DNA of 64,000 nucleotides from Octopus bimaculoides. Its lineage: Eukaryota. The notes beneath the pieces were generated by a model. That model made no database searches and was not told the DNA's origin. It saw nothing but the letters and a program-made list of their open reading frames with translations. Shown piece by piece: positions 23,896 to 35,646 of this stretch. Position 1 is the first letter of the stretch. Every line of letters begins with the position of its first letter. Location of the stretch: contig NC_068982.1 of NCBI RefSeq assembly GCF_001194135.2, positions 90,949,830 to 91,013,829 on the forward strand, read 5' to 3'. The translations under genes and the position numbers were made by a program.

Positions 23896-25086
23896 GTAAA
23901 ATATCTTCTGTGTGTGTGTGTGTGTGCGCGCGCGCGCATATATATGGAGAGCGAGAGGGGGAGAGAAAGAAAAAGAGAGAGTAATCTCTTTATATATATT
24001 TGTAGTTGAATGATGCGTGTGTAGTTTACGCTATGACTGAAATTTAGCCGTACGAGAAAAGTGAAGAGTCAGTAAACTTAATCTGAAGGTAATTAGTGAT
24101 TAATCACTCTAAATAATTAGCTACGAGGAAGAAGTGGAGGTTGTGAGAAGATGTGAGGGTGGGTAAAGAGAATTCTGGAAGACAGCGATAAAAGGAATGT
24201 TATAAAACTAACCATATAATATAACACATTGTTTTGACTGGACACAACATTTATATTCATCGATATTGTCGATATCAACGCATTGATAGTATATCCATTC
24301 GCACAGGACAAAAGGCTATATTGCTTCTAACTTAATTTGAACTTTAATCCCTACGATAGCGATCTGTTCAACTTGCTATATTCCAGTCAACTTTACTTTA
24401 TTCCTACTCCATCAGCGTCACCACCACTAACACCAAAATCACCACTACCAGCATCCCCACCACTAACATCACCGCTATCAAAATCACCAGCAGCAGTAAC
24501 AACAACATCACCACCACCAATATCCTTACCACCATCATCACCAACAACATCATCAACAAAATAACCACCACCAAAGAAAAGAAAGAAACCACGCGTTGCG
24601 TCCCCTTTGTCTGTCGAAATCATAATTAAATTTGTTGGAGTAGAATAATTCAACGAGGAAGAGGTCAAAGTCTGCGAGACAGCAGTTCAATCTGGAAAAG
24701 GTGATGTCCTCCAGTTCGACAAAAGAAATTTGTCCATGTGCCTGCATTTGCTAAAAGTTTCAAATTTAGAATTGAGTAATTCTTTTCCTTTCTTTTCCCT
24801 TTGTACTCCAGTTTCACATTTTTGCATCAGCTGTCTTGTTTTTTTCTTGTGTTTTCTCATCGATCAGATTCTTAGTTTTCTAATATGCCTAAACATTCTT
24901 CAGTGAACGTGAATAATTGCTTGGAGAAACAAGGTACATTATATAAATGCCGAATTATTATGTTTCCATTTCACAGCATGAAACTATTAGCAGCTCTTAC
25001 TTAAATACTGTGTATATTAAATGATATTTATCTCTCACTGGATAGAGTACTTTTTTCTTGATCCTATCTATAATGGAGCAGTAAGC

Positions 25087-25140
<54 letters not shown>

Positions 25141-26015
25141 NNNNNNNNNNNNNNNNNNNNNNNNNNNNNNNNNNNNNNNNNNNNNNNNNNNNNNNNNNNN
25201 NNNNNNNNNNNNNNNNNNNNNNNNNNNNNNNNNNNNNNNNNNNNNNNNNNNNNNNNNNNNNNNNNNNNNNNNNNNNNNNNNNNNNNNNNNNNNNNNNNNN
25301 NNNNNNNNNNNNNNNNNNNNNNNNNNNNNNNNNNNNNNNNNNNNNNNNNNNNNNNNNNNNNNNNNNNNNNNNNNNNNNNNNNNNNNNNNNNNNNNNNNNN
25401 NNNNNNNNNNNNNNNNNNNNNNNNNNNNNNNNNNNNNNNNNNNNNNNNNNNNNNNNNNNNNNNNNNNNNNNNNNNNNNNNNNNNNNNNNNNNNNNNNNNN
25501 NNNNNNNNNNNNNNNNNNNNNNNNNNNNNNNNNNNNNNNNNNNNNNNNNNNNNNNNNNNNNNNNNNNNNNNNNNNNNNNNNNNNNNNNNNNNNNNNNNNN
25601 NNNNNNNNNNNNNNNNNNNNNNNNNNNNNNNNNNNNNNNNNNNNNNNNNNNNNNNNNNNNNNNNNNNNNNNNNNNNNNNNNNNNNNNNNNNNNNNNNNNN
25701 NNNNNNNNNNNNNNNNNNNNNNNNNNNNNNNNNNNNNNNNNNNNNNNNNNNNNNNNNNNNNNNNNNNNNNNNNNNNNNNNNNNNNNNNNNNNNNNNNNNN
25801 NNNNNNNNNNNNNNNNNNNNNNNNNNNNNNNNNNNNNNNNNNNNNNNNNNNNNNNNNNNNNNNNNNNNNNNNNNNNNNNNNNNNNNNNNNNNNNNNNNNN
25901 NNNNNNNNNNNNNNNNNNNNNNNNNNNNNNNNNNNNNNNNNNNNNNNNNNNNNNNNNNNNNNNNNNNNNNNNNNNNNNNNNNNNNNNNNNNNNNNNNNNN
26001 NNNNNNNNNNNNNNN

Positions 26016-26059
<44 letters not shown>

Positions 26060-26095
26060 GTATGTATGTATATACATGTGTGTATGTGTGTGTGT

Positions 26096-26270
26096 GTTTC
26101 TTTATGTCAGTGTTTTCTCCCACCCATCACCGTTTTACAACCAGTCTCGGTGTATTTAAGTTCCTGTAAAGTAGCGGTTCGTCAAAGGAGAACGATAGGA
26201 TAAGTACTAGGCTTAAAAAATAAGTCAACTAAAAGCCCTTCAGGGTGGTGCTCCAGCATGGCCGCAAGCC
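26096..26270 (+). mobile_element. SINE family B, 3' half
   Basis: TAGCGGTTCGTCAAAGGAGAACGATAGGATAAGTACTAGGCTT...GGTGGTGCTCCAGCATGGCCGCA. Confidence 0.8.
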
Positions 26271-26296
26271 TGGTTACATCGACATAAAAGAGAAAC

Positions 26297-26650
26297 GTGT
26301 AACACTGGCCACAAATGAAATTAGCTTAAACGGGCTTTGATTGTTTCCTTGTTATCCTCTTAAAATCATACAAATAAGCTTTAGCTACGCTATTCCAGAT
26401 ACTTCTTTCAAAGCCTTGTGTAACACTGGCCACAGAAGACATGGGCTTAAATTCTGCAACGGGCCATGATTGGTTCTTTGTAATCCTTTTAAAATCATGC
26501 AAATAAGCTTTAGCGACGCTACTGCAGATACATTTTCAAATCATTTTGGCAAGTGGGAAATCACCGAAAGAAATTGGAGGAAGGCATCATATACTCTAAT
26601 ATATAAGCGTAAAAGCAGAATGGATACCAAAAATTTGATAGCCCAATGAG
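26297..26650 (+). mobile_element. CR1/L2-like RT N-terminal relic with a diverged ~121-bp tandem duplication
   Basis: ATGHDWFFVILLKSCK and NWRKASYTLIYKRKSRMDTKN (cf. KATGPDGI...LLK and DWKKANVTPIYKKGSRxDPKNYRP); GTGTAACACTGGCCACA begins units at 26297 and 26418. Confidence 0.6.
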
Positions 26651-26776
26651 TGCCTCCCTTCCTAAGTCGACAAAGTGTGATTTAGGAGCTATTTGGCTGC
26701 TATTTCTAGCAGATTATAGATTACCTAGAGCTTCTATCACTGGCTCGTTGTGCTCCACTGAAGTTAGTAGTGAGAT

Positions 26777-27660
26777 AGTAAATAGCGGAGTAGTAAACAG
26801 CAAAGTGATGAACAATAATGTGTTGAATTGTAATGCAGTTAACTATGGGAGTGGCAAACAAAAGGGTAATGAACAGCAGGTAGTAAAGCCGTGAAGATTG
26901 AGCACGTGAGCAGTTGTATTAATGAATAGTGATGAAATTTACGGTGGAACAATGGTCAGTGGATAGTAACGCAGAATACATAGTAGCATTAAACAATGCG
27001 ATAGTGAACAGTGAAAGAGTGATCTTGTACATTTAAATAAAGTGAATTCTGGGTGAGTAAACTTGAGACTGTAAAACATCCCTCAGTGAACAATCAATAG
27101 TGCGCTATTGAACAGTGACACAGTGAACGGTGGGACAGTTAACGCCGTGAAAAGTGATATGAGTGAGCATTAATATAGTGCTGCATAAACAACAGGATCA
27201 TAAAATCAGTGGTATAACGAACAGTGATGCTTAGAATGGTGTGGCAGAGAACAATGTGCTGGTAAACACTGGGACAGTAAAACTGGTGAACTGATAAGTT
27301 AGCAGTGCGTTAATGAATTAGTGAACGAAGAGGTAGATAATAGTAATGCAGTGTACAGTGGGGCAGAAAAAAAGCCATGATAGTTGATCAGTAACGCAAT
27401 GAAGAGTTAATAGTGCGTTAGTGAACGGTGGGGAAGTGAAGAATGACGTCATAGTCCCGTAATCGTTGATCAGTAACACAGTAGTAAACAGTATTATAAG
27501 AAAAAGGTGATAGTGAGCAGTGATGCAGTGAACAGCAAAACAGAACAGCCATGCATATTGACCAGTAAAATGGCGATCGTTGAAGTAGTAACACTGTTGT
27601 GGTCAACACTGGTGCAGTGAACGATGAGAACTAAACGGTGGAGCAATAACGACATGAACT
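26777..27660 (+). repeat. Highly degenerate 15-bp-period tandem repeat, consensus approximately AGTGAACAGTGRNGC
   Basis: Units such as agtaaacagcaaagt, agtgaacagtgaaag, agtgaacggtgggac, agtgtacagtggggc, agtgagcagtgatgc, agtgaacagcaaaac. Confidence 0.75.
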
Positions 27661-27704
27661 CTGATGAAACGAACTGAAATTGTTACACACGATAGCTGAA
27701 ATAT

Positions 27705-27910
27705 TAGCTTCAAATTCTAGCACAAGTTCAACAGTTTGTGAGGAGGAGTAAATTGATTGTATTAACCGCAGAGATCAACTGTGGTACTTATTTTATCGAC
27801 CACGAAAGGATAAAAGGCAAATTCGACCTCAGCAGAATTTGAATTCAGAACATAAAAACGGGCTAAATGCCGCTATGCGAGCTCACAACTCTGCCAGCTC
27901 GCCACCTTAC
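27705..27910 (-). mobile_element. SINE family A
   Basis: GGTACTTATTTTATCGACC.CGAAAGGATAAAAGGCAAA...GAATTTGAATTCAGAAC...CTGCCAGCTCGCCACC. Confidence 0.85.
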
Positions 27911-28224
27911 AACTTTGATACCAAGGCCGTCTCTTGATTTCTGACGTAGATATGTTGTTGTTATTATTTATTTAAAAGGTTTAAGTATTTGGATGAACGT
28001 TGCAAAGTTTCCTTATTCACTCTTTTTGTTGCCAGTAAGAGTTCTATTACCTTGAGAGATACTACTAATTAAGAATAACAGTTGTGTGGAAAATACAGAT
28101 AGTTGACAGGTGACTTCATTTCACCTGTGTTTAGCAAAGAATGGAAATAGGTTATGCGATCTTCGGTTTCAGGCACACAGACACAGCACTGACACGACTA
28201 AGACAAACGGAGTCACGCGTGGAC

Positions 28225-28227
<3 letters not shown>

Positions 28228-28320
<93 letters not shown>

Positions 28321-28900
28321 ACATACATGAATACATACATACATACATACATACATACATACATACACATACACACATATGCATGCATATATACATACAG
28401 AAGCAAGCATACGTACATTCACATAAAAAAATCTTTAATATGTTCAAACTTATGTACGCAAACACAAATGCAAACCCTTTGCACACATCGTACATACATG
28501 CATGCAGACACACACGCGCATGTATGTACACATGCACTTACACACGTACGTATACACACATGCACACACATCCAATATACCTGCGCGTGCGCGCAAATGG
28601 GTGTAATTTCAGATGACAATATTTATATTTTCTAACACTGGTACACGCAAACACATGCATGTACATACATACATACATACATACATACATACTACATGCA
28701 TAATGCATACATACGTACATACATACATACGTACATACATACATACACACATACATACTACATGCATAATACATACATACTACATGAATAATACATTACA
28801 TACATACGTACATGCATACATACATACGTACATGCATACATACATAATACATACATACATACATACATACATACATACATACATACATACATACGTATAT
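28228..28900. repeat. Compound (CA)n/(TACA)n microsatellite block
   Basis: Directly visible. Confidence 0.9.
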
Positions 28901-29374
28901 ATGTACCTACGTATTCATTCACTCTTCTCTTTACAGGCGCCTTCTCACAGTTTAAGAGCATGGAAAATAATTCTCTTTGTCACAGGAAAGCTATCTGGTT
29001 GGCATGTACAGACGGGGGTTTGTTATTGCTGCTTCTCTTTTTTTATTTTTTCTCCAGTTTCAATGAATTTGGTTCCATTGACAACAAGCTGTACAGAGTT
29101 TCAAACAGCAATATTTCATGGACATTTTCTCATATGTCGTGACATGACGATTGCTGTAGGAAAGAAGAAAGTTGTATTGGGGTTTTAGCTCTCTTGATGC
29201 GTTTGTGCGTGAACTAAAATGTAGATTAAATCATTGCTCAACTTTGAAGTCGTGTTTGCAATTATGAGGATAAAACACTACATCGTCTTCCAGCATATTT
29301 GGTGTCAAGATGAAAACAGAGCTTGACTCAACTCTCTCAGTCGAAAGTTATACAGATATAGTATTGGATTACCT

Positions 29375-29555
29375 GCGTGTAAATCATCAGTGAATGGTGA
29401 GGGTAGTGGCCGGTGGATTAGTGAATAGCGGTGAAGTAGTTCCGTAAACATTGATCTGCAACACAGTAAATAGCAAAGCAGTGAACAGTAATGGATGGAA
29501 AAATATGATAGTGAACTATGATGCAGTGAACAGCGGGGCAATAAAGTAGTGACTC
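29375..29555 (+). repeat. Second patch of the degenerate 15-bp AGTGAACAG... repeat
   Basis: agtgaatagcggtga, agtaaatagcaaagc, agtgaacagtaatgg, agtgaactatgatgc, agtgaacagcggggc. Confidence 0.7.
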
Positions 29556-29639
29556 ATCACTTTAATCATAGGCGAAAGTGGGGTTCAATAGGAATCATCC
29601 TTTAATCCTAACCTGTCGTCCCAGAAGAATAGTAATACA

Positions 29640-29850
29640 TTGGTTGATATAGCTCATCAAATAAAATGCTTAGCGTCATTTCTTCCGGCTCTCAATGTTA
29701 AAATCCCATCGAGATCAACTTTGCCTTCCATCCGTTCGAGGTCGATAAAATAAAGTACCTGTCAAGTACTGGAATCGATATAATCGAATTCCTCCCACCG
29801 TTCAAAGTTGCTAGCCTTCTGCCATAATTAGAAAGATTTATTATTATTAT
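29640..29850 (+). mobile_element. SINE family A
   Basis: AAAATGCTTAGCG...GAGATCAACTTTGCCTTCCATCCGTTCGAGGTCGATAAAATAAAGTACC. Confidence 0.8.
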
Positions 29851-29999
29851 AGTTTAATCAGGAGGAAAGGCTGTGCCTACGTTCATTTACGGAGCCTCAA
29901 AGACTCATGAGAAGGAAGGTAACTTCAAATCGAAGGCCTGATCCAAATACCAGCAACTCTGATAAAGGCACTCAAGGATTTAAGCTGTAATGTAGGACT

Positions 30000-30595
30000 G
30001 ATAGACTCATTAAGTCTACAACCCAAGAATGCCACGACTAGGTTTGAACGTAGAACGCAGACTCAGATCTAATACTATGAAACATCCAGTCCAATATTCT
30101 TACGATTCCACCAATCCAGTATTCTAGATTGATGCATTTTTATAAACCCCGAAAGGATGAAAGACAGAGTTGACTTCGATGATATTTCAACTCAGAATAC
30201 TAAGGGTCAGTACAAATACTGATAGGCATTCTATTCGATGCCCCGACTGTTCTGTCAATTCGCCACCTATAAATTCTTTCTATTGAAGGAAGGAGTTTAT
30301 ATGAACCCCAGTACTTGACTGGTATTTTATTTTATAAACCTCCAAAAACTGAAAGGTAAAAATGACCTCGACAGCATTTGAGCTCAGAACGTAAAACTGG
30401 ACGAAATACCGCTGAGCATTTTGTCCGATGCAGTAACGATTCTAACATATCACCACCTTAAATAATGGTTCCAAATTTTGGCATTAGGCCAAGAATTTTA
30501 CTGGGAGGGATTTGTCGATTATATTGACCCCAGAGTTCAACTGGTACTTGTTTTATCGATCCTGGAAGGTTGAAAGGCAAAGCTGACCTCACCAA
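30000..30595 (-). mobile_element. Head-to-tail array of three to four SINE family A copies or fragments
   Basis: Repeated blocks of ACTGGTAYTT.TTTTAT..ACC....GAAAGG.AAAG.TGACCTC and ATTTGA.CTCAGAA. Confidence 0.75.
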
Positions 30596-30799
30596 TTATA
30601 ACTAGAATGTTATGACTGAATTTTTAAAAATGGAATGGTAATGGTTATATTATAGTTCTACGCGGTCAGGGCTGACTGAATTAAACAACAGCAAGAACAA
30701 CCACATCGTAAAATCACGTGTCTTAGTATATCGATATTTGCAAAGGGAGGGGCCGGATTCTTCAGTCTGCATTGCTGCTTCATTATTTTCTTTGTATTT

Positions 30800-31220
<421 letters not shown>

Positions 31221-31334
31221 ACTACGATTGCTTAGTGACTCGTGTAGAGCGAGATTTATCACTCATCTGCCTTGTGAAATTAATTAGCAGAATTATAGAC
31301 TAACGAAAATGATGAGAGAGTGAAGAAATAATAG

Positions 31335-31500
31335 GAATGAACACCCAGGTTCGAAATTTTCCCAAGGCACCTGATGAAGGCTGGAGGGTATATCAGCCGA
31401 AACGTTGTGTTAACAACAAACAAGATGAGAACAAATATCCGTCAAATGTAAATAATATAAATAATGTACATATTTCTTCATCTCTTAAATATAGAACTGA
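31335..31500 (+). mobile_element. Penelope-like element terminal repeat fragment
   Basis: Carries a PLE-type minimal hammerhead followed by an A/T-rich AAATGTAAATAAT tail; no coding sequence. Confidence 0.65.
31366..31411 (+). ncRNA. Minimal type I hammerhead ribozyme (PLE type)
   Basis: GGCAC-CTGATGA-A-GGCTG(gagggtatat)CAGCC-GAAA-CGT-T-GTGTT: 5-bp stem I with two G-U pairs, perfect 5-bp stem II, palindromic ACGT in place of stem III; predicted cleavage after 31406. Confidence 0.8.
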
Positions 31501-31921
31501 AATATTAGAACGTTGGTGCTTAAAAATATTCTCAGAACCAAGAAACGAAACAGCCAATAAATACTTCTATATCTCGTTAAGAATTCCCTCTCTGCTATCG
31601 CTTTTACTCACTTTCCGTTAATCTGCATCAATTCAAACTGAAGAATAACCGCAGAAACTCATAACCGTTATTTTTGTCTTCTCATCTCTGGTAGCCTAAA
31701 AATATCTTTGTTCTATACATTCTCTTTAGAGAATCAACAACGAAAGAGATCATTCAAAACATCTGTACAAATAATTCCGCGTTCTTTATCAGCTGTACAA
31801 ATCCTCCACCAGTTTTTATATCTAATAATCAGTCGATATATATTTGTATTATAAGGACTAACTGAAACATTGCTTTGTGACGTAAGTTCAAATGATTTGT
31901 TTTTTTACTGACATTTTTTCG

Positions 31922-32105
31922 ATGGCGGATAGCTGGCAGAATCTGTTAGTGGCATTTCTTCCGACTCTTTGTGTTCTGATTTCAAATCCCGCCGACGTCA
32001 AATTTGCCTTTCGTTCTTCTGGGGTTAATAAAATAAAGTATTACTCAAGTACTGAGGTTGATGTAAACGACTTGCCACCCCATCTCCAAATTGCTTACCT
32101 TGCGC
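31922..32105 (+). mobile_element. SINE family A
   Basis: GGCGGATAGCTGGCAGAATCTGTTAG...TTCTGATTTCAAATCCCGCCGACGTCAAATTTGCCTTTC. Confidence 0.85.
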
Positions 32106-32449
32106 CCTGCAACGGACCGGCTTCCCATTCAGGAGAATTGTAATGATCTCAACCATTTATACTCCATGAAAATTAAGTAACTGGTCTTATGAATCCTAAG
32201 GCACGAGACAAATGATTTCCTTCGGAGTCGATCAATTAGTTAATTAGCTCAATCAATCTGTAGCATCAGGCACAACCCTAAAAATTAAAGACAACACAAC
32301 GTTTGTTAGGGTAGATTATCTTTGTACACTTCACTCGGGCCAAGAAAGGAGTCTCAACGTGACTGCATGACTTGTTAGGAATAAGAATTAAACAAATATC
32401 TCTCAAATCACTCAACCATTAGAAAAAAAGCAAAGTCACAGATTTAGTG

Positions 32450-32652
32450 ATTGTTTCAAGTTTTGGTGCAAGGCCGGCAGTTTTGAAGAAGAGTGGTAGT
32501 CGATTACATCGACTCCAGTACTTGACTGGTACTCTACTTTATCAACCCCGGAGGGATGAAAGCGAAGATGACCCCCGGTGGAACGTGAGTCTGAAGAAAA
32601 GCCGCTATGCATTTTTATCCGATGCTCGAACGATTCTGCCAGCTTGCTGCCC
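32450..32652 (-). mobile_element. SINE family A
   Basis: TTTTGGTGCAAGGCC...GTCGATTACATCGACTCCAGTACTTGACTGGTAC...CGATTCTGCCAGCT. Confidence 0.8.
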
Positions 32653-32839
32653 TCGACATAGTTTATATGGTGTAGTCCTAGACACCCTAGAGGACTAGGT
32701 TTAATAGCTGAACTAGAAACAGCATAAAACTATGGCTGGAATGCCACGATCTTAGTTCTACTGGATCAGAGCAAACCAACAACGAAAGCTGCAATACCTT
32801 ACAACAATACACTTTCATGCTACTATATAACATTTTACT

Positions 32840-32999
32840 GATGGTTATGAGGTTAAGAAGCTCGCTTTAACAACCATGTGGTTTCGGATTCAGTCCCACT
32901 GTGCGGCACCTGCTGCAAATGACATCTATCATAGCCCTGTGCTGACTAATATATTATGAGGGAATTTGGTAAGTGGAAACTATGGAAGGCAAGGTCATC

Positions 33000-33000
<1 letters not shown>
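32840..33000 (+). mobile_element. SINE family B, 5' half
   Basis: GGTTAAGAAGCTCGCTTT..CAACCATGTGGTTTCGGATTCAGTCCCACTGTGCGGCACC...GGAAACT. Confidence 0.75.
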
Positions 33001-33039
<39 letters not shown>

Positions 33040-33040
<1 letters not shown>

Positions 33041-33535
33041 CATAACCTAAAAATTAGTTTTAGCTCAACTACTAATTTTAAAAATATAATTGCACACAAC
33101 ACACAAAAACAACAAGATGAAACCAGCTGTTCATGCAGAGATATAAATTTGTGCCCGCTAAATGGAGCTTGCATGTCTGAGATCATCATTTATGAAGCCC
33201 CCGTAGACTTTACAACAACTAAGGACATAGTTTCGTCAAAGAAATATGTGGGTCGCACAGAGCTGAATTTCAAAGCCAGGTTCAGACACTGGGAAAAAGA
33301 AAAACAACTAAATTATCCAGTTATATATGGTCCTTAACAGAAAAAGGTATCAACTAAAACATCTATTGGAAGATTACAGCCTTACATCAACGGCAGTGGA
33401 AAGTGCAGTCTTTGTGATATGGAAATATTGCTCATCTGGAAAAGCAGCTTAGACCCCGCTACATGTCTAAATTCAAGAACTGAACTTTTTGGATCATGTC
33501 CACATATGGTTAAATATTTGTTACTTTTTGGTCCC
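33040..33535 (+). mobile_element. Penelope-like element, lineage 1: Cys-rich linker and GIY-YIG endonuclease relic
   Basis: HNLKISFSSTTNFKNIIAHN...SCSCRDINLCPLNGAC...IIYEAPV...KYVGRTELNFKARFRH...GKCSLCDME...CLNSRTELFGSCPH; frameshifted. Confidence 0.85.
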
Positions 33536-33544
33536 CACAAGATC

Positions 33545-34880
33545 ACAGATAGAAACTGCAGAACAGTCCATAACTCTTCTACTCTAGAGTAGATGACATT
33601 AATATCATAGTTAGAACCAACTCTAGTAACGGTAGTATAGAAACTGAGAGGAACGTAATAGAGAGCATCCAGCAAGTAGCTAACTCCATCCACCAAAGCA
33701 TCAAGGTAACTATAGATTACCACACTAAGCACCCCAACAATAGACTCCCCGTACTTGATACTGAACTTTGGTTAGAGACTGTAAACAATAGAGTGCAGCT
33801 CCTTCACTCCTATTACATGAAACCTTTTCAATGGTCGTTGACTCTGTCCGTTACTCACACTGCGTTCCTTTTTGTTTGTTTGTGCGCATGTGTGTGTGTG
33901 TGTGTGTGCCCATACATGCCTGCATGTATGCCTGTATACATGTGTGTGTATGCATGTATGTGTGGTTGTGTGCATATGTATCTATCTATGTTCACAAGAA
34001 CTCAGCTCTGTCACACAACACGAAAATTAATATACTGATAGCAGACTTAGTTAAGATAATGAGCAACGTGTCCCCACCATGCGAACCCTATGAAATGAAA
34101 TACATATACAGAACTTCATGCACCGCATGCAATTGTCTGGATATGATCAGAAAGATAGGGTTCGAGTATATAGGGGTACTAGTAAGAAATTTGATAACAT
34201 TATACATAATGATACCAGTGGTGCCTGTCCTAGATATAGAAACAAAGACTGGAATAAGATACAAAGAACTTGTGACAAAGCCAACAAGGCGAACACGTGG
34301 TATAAAACCGACAAATATCAAGGAGTGATGTTTGTAGAGGCCACAGCCCATGGAGAACTTGCTCGTAGATTTAGGAAAGCTCTGAAGGAGACCAAACTCA
34401 ACATTAAGATTGTTGAAAAGCCAGGGAACTCCGTCATATCACAACTATGTAGGACGTACCCCTTTGAGAATACCATATGCACTAATGATAACTGCATGAT
34501 ATGTAAGNNNNNNNNNNAGAATACCATATGCACTAATGATAACTGCATGATATGCAAGATTAGCCCTAGCATTAACTGTAGAACTCGAAATGTAGTTTAC
34601 AGCATGAGATGCATAGAATGTGCTTGTAAAGACATGAACATGACATACATAGGGGTGGCATCTATGAGCATTGTGGAACGACAAAATGAACATTTGAGAC
34701 AATATGACGACAAAAAACAGTCCTCCATACTCTACTAACATGCAAAGGACCAACATGAAGGTAACCTGGGTCAACTTGACATCTGCATCTTATCCAAGCA
34801 CCCAAAGGACCCAAAACTCAGACAAATACGGGAGTACGTCCTCGTAAAGGAAACTTCCCCTATACTAAATAGGAAATATA
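33545..34880 (+). mobile_element. Penelope-like element, lineage 2: RT C-terminus, thumb and GIY-YIG relic, interrupted at 33821-33991
   Basis: YSRVDDI (decayed YVDD), IANSIHQSIKVTIDY...LPVLDTELW, HSYYMKP / VHKNSALSHNTKINIL, HRMQLSGY, MFVEATAHGELA, IKIVEKPG, CMICK...NCRTRNVVYSMRC, YIG...ERQNEH, RQIREYVLV...PILN. Confidence 0.9.
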
Positions 34881-34984
34881 CATAGTAGATATAATACCCC
34901 CATATCCACAGTTTACACACGTAGAGTAGAATAGTTAGTGGGCTGTTATGTCGATAGATGTATGTATGTGTGTGTGGGTGTATG

Positions 34985-35033
<49 letters not shown>

Positions 35034-35223
35034 ATGCACATGTATGTAAGCATATGGATATGAAGGTAAACAGATTAACATACAGGCGGATAGTTACATA
35101 GGTTACATGAACAAACAAGTACACATACGCAAATGAAGACATGACCATATATACACACACACTTTACTTCATACAAGGGCACATACATGCGCATCCATAC
35201 ATACAAACACGGTACATAGTTAC

Positions 35224-35281
<58 letters not shown>

Positions 35282-35291
35282 NNNNNNNNNN

Positions 35292-35340
<49 letters not shown>

Positions 35341-35477
35341 ATGCACACACAAGGTGACAGAGGTACACACACACATATAAAAACACACATACTCACACGC
35401 ACGCACATACACGAAAACACACAAACACGGACATAGAAACACATGAATATGCAGAATACATACATACAAATGTACAC

Positions 35478-35646
35478 ACATAGATAGATACATATGCACA
35501 CAACCACACATACATGCATACACACATGTATACAGGCATACATGCAGGCATGTATGGGCACACACACACACACACACATGCGCACAAACAAACAAAAAGG
35601 AACGCAGTGTGAGTAACGGACAGAGTCAACGACCATTGAAAAGGTT
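35478..35646. repeat. Source copy of the inverted duplication inserted at 33821-33991
   Basis: Its reverse complement is identical to 33821-33991 apart from one TG unit. Confidence 0.92.

Noticed and set aside
24337-24760. Ser/Pro/Thr-rich mucin-like ORF and adjacent short ORFs
   Set aside because: Degenerate (ACC)/(ATC) repeats; no splice signals or recognisable domain
27660-27685. CTGATGA...GAAA motifs here and at 45553, and CTGAAGA...GAAA at 52885
   Set aside because: No credible stem II and/or no NUH plus stem I arrangement
34477-34559. Duplicated NTICTNDNCMICK in the PLE zinc-finger linker
   Set aside because: The copies flank a 10-N gap and differ by one base; likely overlapping contig ends or alleles
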